DNA of 64,000 nucleotides from Paragordius varius (taxonomy: Eukaryota > Animalia > Nematomorpha). Location of the stretch: positions 2,604,001-2,668,000 of the forward strand of contig OZ176054.1 in NCBI GenBank assembly GCA_964247055.1. The letters are read 5' to 3'. Position numbers and translations under genes: made by a program. The notes below the pieces were generated by a model. It was given only the letters and a program-made list of their open reading frames with translations, made no database searches and was not told the DNA's origin. Below, one piece after another: positions 1 to 64,000 of the stretch (its first letter is position 1; every line of letters starts with the position of its first letter).

Positions 1-60721
<60,721 letters not shown>

Positions 60722-60787
60722 ATATATTTTGAATGTTATTTAAATCGGAATAATTTCAGAGTAATTTTTAGATAAAATACAGACATT

Positions 60788-60799
60788 CAAAATGGCGGA
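60788..60799. promoter_or_regulatory. YY1/Pho-like motif (TCCGCCATTTTG on the minus strand) about 70 bp upstream of the probable start codon
   Basis: Matches the CCGCCATNTT consensus in a locally GC-enriched patch. This is a motif match only. Confidence 0.25.
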
Positions 60800-61328
60800 C
60801 ATTAGCAGACGATATTCACAATCGTTTGGTTTTTTGGTTTTAAAATTGGCGTCGTATTCGCAGATATATAGTGTATGTATATAATTTTTTTTAAATCAAA
60901 ATGAAATTTCAATGTTATTGATTATTACAAAATCAATCATTATTTTGGGTCGAATGCGCGATTCTTCATTATATATTTTGATGCGACAATAATATAAAAA
61001 CAATATGACATATAAAAAATATTGTTCTGTTTGATTTTAACTTATATTAAAATAAAATCATTAAACAAAAGTGTTTAATAAAAATAATATATTTGGGCCA
61101 TATTGTGGAATAAACTTTTTATAAATATATAAAAAATATAATGTTTTGTTTTTGATTGATGATTTTTTTTTCAGCTAGCAATATTTTGGGGAAGAAATTG
61201 GTCCTAATTGTTTTTGTGTAAACAGAAAAGAAATAATCAATTATTGATTCAAAATAATCATTAGTATTAAAAAGCCTGCCTGGTAAAAATATTTATATGG
61301 GGGATTAACTATAAATTAATAAGAAAAA

Positions 61329-61335
<7 letters not shown>

Positions 61336-61367
<32 letters not shown>
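61336..61367. repeat. (TA)n microsatellite
   Basis: About 16 TA dinucleotides. Confidence 0.9.
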
Positions 61368-61369
<2 letters not shown>

Positions 61370-62321
61370 GGAAAAACGAAGCTTGGATTATGAAATTCCT
61401 TTTTTTAATATATCACATTAACAATAAAAGGTTTAACATTTAAAAAACTTTTACTTTATAAACATAACATAAATCTAAAAATTTTTTACGCAAAAATAAT
61501 TACATTAAACCAATATATATTAGGAATTTGATGTAATTAATGAAAACTAGCTAATATCAGATAAATATAAAAATATACAAGCTGTTCAGCATGCGGGCTG
61601 GTGTTTATTTTTTCTATAAATTATATTCTGATTATTTTTTTCTTCTTTTCTTTGCTGCATAAAAATGGATATCGATAATTCAAAATTTTCTATTCCGATC
61701 CGATTACTAACTTATCAGACATCAACTGTTTGCATTTTCTGATATTAAACTTCAAACATTATATAAAATAGAATATAAATATGGGTTAACAAAGTACGTA
61801 CGCATGTTATGCAATACGATACGGGATTGTCTGAGTATTTGCAGACTATTTCACGGGGCTTTAAAAATTCGGTTTAATTAAGAATTTACATTATAGTAAC
61901 GAGAACTATTGTTGGTCAATTCTGTATTATGGCTAAAATGGTATCTAATTTACATATTTGTTAGCATGTATAAGATTTTTTTATTTTTATTAGTAACATT
62001 GAATATTGCGAACAGGCGCTACTGTATTTTTAATATGTAACTACAAAAAATAAAAATCATACATACCAACATACATGTTAATTAAAACCCCTTTTTACTC
62101 ACTGGAATGGGAAATAATAGCTCTCGTTACAACTCTAAATATTGATTATAACTATATGATTTAAAGTGGGAATTTTAATTTTAACAGTATTTATCGCTAA
62201 ATAAAAAGCAAGCGTGTTTTATTTGTATTTTCAAAATCATTAGTTTCCCGAATATGTTTAAAGCATTCATTATGATTTTGGTAAAATTTGATATACAATA
62301 AAACCTAATTTTTATAATTTA

Positions 62322-64000
62322 CTAGCTTAAATCTCGTGCTGCTACGCAGCCCGAGGAAGTCCATAGGACTTTTTGGGGGTCGGAGAAGGGGGCGCTATTT
62401 GAAAAAAGGGTGGATTATATCAAAACATTATTTAATAGTTATGATCTCATAGGATTTTCAAAACAGTGCTTCATAGAATTTTCAAAACTGTGCATTCATA
62501 CTAATATATTGCTTATTGGTGTGAAGGCCCAAAATTGACGGCTAACGGAAAAGGCCGCTATACTATAATTTATACCTTTTTATGGGTATTATTTAAAACC
62601 TTTATTGAACTTGTATGGCTCCTTAAGTTTTTGGAAATTAGCTCCAAAACCATGCCTATTTTGTATGGCATCTCAGTTTTAAACCGGTCAACCCCTACCC
62701 ATAGACCTATATGAAAAAAGCGCTGAGTCAAATTTCTTTGCCTTTATGGGGCAAATATTTGGAATCATCTTTGAAACCATCGTCTCATGGGTTATTCGAA
62801 AAAATACCTCAACAATAATTATCGTTATATGATGGCGTGCGTATTTTTAGGGGCAAAAAGGCCCCAAAAAAGAGGCTAATAAAAAGACGCTGATCTAAAT
62901 TTTTACTTAATTACGCGTAATATTTCAAGTTGATGAGCTCATATGGCTTCATAAATTTTCTAAAATTAGCTCCAAAACAAAGCAATTTTAGTGGTGCAAT
63001 TTTTTGGCGGGTAGCTCCTTACCCAGAGGCAGGTATAAAAACAGCGCCAGGCAAAATTTTTAACTTTATATGGGGAATATCTGGAATTATTATAGATTCC
63101 ATATGTTTCTAAATTCTTGGAAATATTGCTTCGAAACTAAAAAATTGTTCTATGACGGCGAATTTTTCAGAGCGTAAAACTTTTCTTAGCGACTCATTGA
63201 AATAACCCCTATACTAAAATATTTGTTTTTTAAGGGGTAATAAATACTTTAGGCCCTTATTGAACTCACATAGTGTCATAGGTTTTCAAAAATTTGGCTC
63301 CAAAGGCATGCTGTATCGATATGGTGACGCAGTTTTACGCGCCTAGCCCCCTTAGGCGACACAAAAAAACGCTCGATTAAAATTTTTGCCTTAATTCGGG
63401 TAATACCTCGAATCGTGATTGATTCCATATGCTCTAGTGGGATTCGAAATTACCTCAAAACCAATTCTATGCTGGCGCATTTTCAGGGCAAGGGCCTAAT
63501 TAATGGGTAATTTTATAAAACCGTTCTACTTAAATTGCCTTTTTACGGGTGCCCTTATTGAACTCATATGGCCTGATAAGTTTCCAGAGTCACGCTGTAT
63601 CGAGTTTTGCTTTTATAGGGGAATACCTGGAATCATCATTGAATCCATATGTTCTTAATAGTTTTTGGAGGAATGGCTTCAAAACTAAATAATAGTTAAA
63701 TGATAGTGCATTTTTTAGGGCGTAAAGGGGAAAATTAACGGCTAATTTAAAAAAACCGCACGACTTAAATTTTTGCCTTTTTACGGGTAATATTTTAGGC
63801 CCTTATTAAACCTGGCCTGACAAGTTTTTTAAAAATTAACTCCTAAACAACGCAATCTCGATATGGTGGCGCAGTTTTAGGCGGGTAGCTCCCTGACCAG
63901 AGGCTAATACAAAAAAGCGCTTGATTAAACTTTTTGCCTTTTTACGGAGAATACATGGAATCATGATTGATTCCATAAGCTCTCATTAGTTTTTGGAGAA
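62322..64000 (-). mobile_element. Helitron-like non-autonomous element (3' end plus internal tandem array), extending beyond the right edge
   Basis: The minus strand has a GC-rich hairpin ctcgggctgc-gta-gcagcacgag (62333-62355), 7 nt, then CTAG followed by T at 62321. This is the canonical Helitron 3' terminus and T of an A|T target. Confidence 0.65.
62530..64000. repeat. Degenerate tandem array with a ~328-bp unit (two related halves), about 5 copies
   Basis: gctccaaa occurs at 62641, 62969 and 63297 (328-bp spacing). An internally deleted copy lies at about 63540 and another at about 63780. ttattgaact, tttttgcctt..tacggg and ggaatcat..ttga.tccat recur. Confidence 0.8.

Noticed and set aside
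60792-60884. Possible divergent plus-strand gene starting caaaATGGCG (MADISRRYSQSF...)
   Set aside because: It is only 30 codons long, and no downstream plus-strand exons are detectable before the Helitron-like element.

Overview
Eukaryotic, very AT-rich genomic DNA. About 95% of the window is one giant intron-rich gene on the minus strand: a twitchin (unc-22/projectin family) muscle protein kinase. By hand I traced about 130 GT-AG exons from a probable start at 60721 to the left edge, where the gene is cut off in its C-terminal region. They total about 26.5 kb, or about 8,800 aa within the window. Domain order from the N terminus: Ig cluster containing a three-times repeated atypical Ig pair; a ~808-aa Lys/Ala/Glu/Asp tandem repeat in one 2.7-kb exon; a ~470-aa Thr/Ser/Pro-rich linker with RRxS motifs; 6 Ig; an Ig-Fn3-Fn3(-Fn3) core (34 Fn3 in the whole protein by my count); an intact kinase with a divergent autoinhibitory tail; 2 Ig; and an Arg/Ser-rich linker. 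The introns carry small non-autonomous transposons: two TA-flanked foldback elements with shared TACCATT ends and ~21-bp internal arrays, four hAT-type MITEs (one supplying a possible in-frame exon), a nested inverted-repeat MITE, an RTE-like LINE fragment and a decayed Helitron-like end. Upstream of the gene is a Helitron-like 3' end carrying a ~328-bp tandem array. No rRNA, tRNA, CRISPR array or second protein-coding gene is supported. The host is an invertebrate bilaterian, and the kinase tail looks lophotrochozoan, but the species cannot be determined from sequence alone. Comparisons with other twitchins are recalled, not computed.
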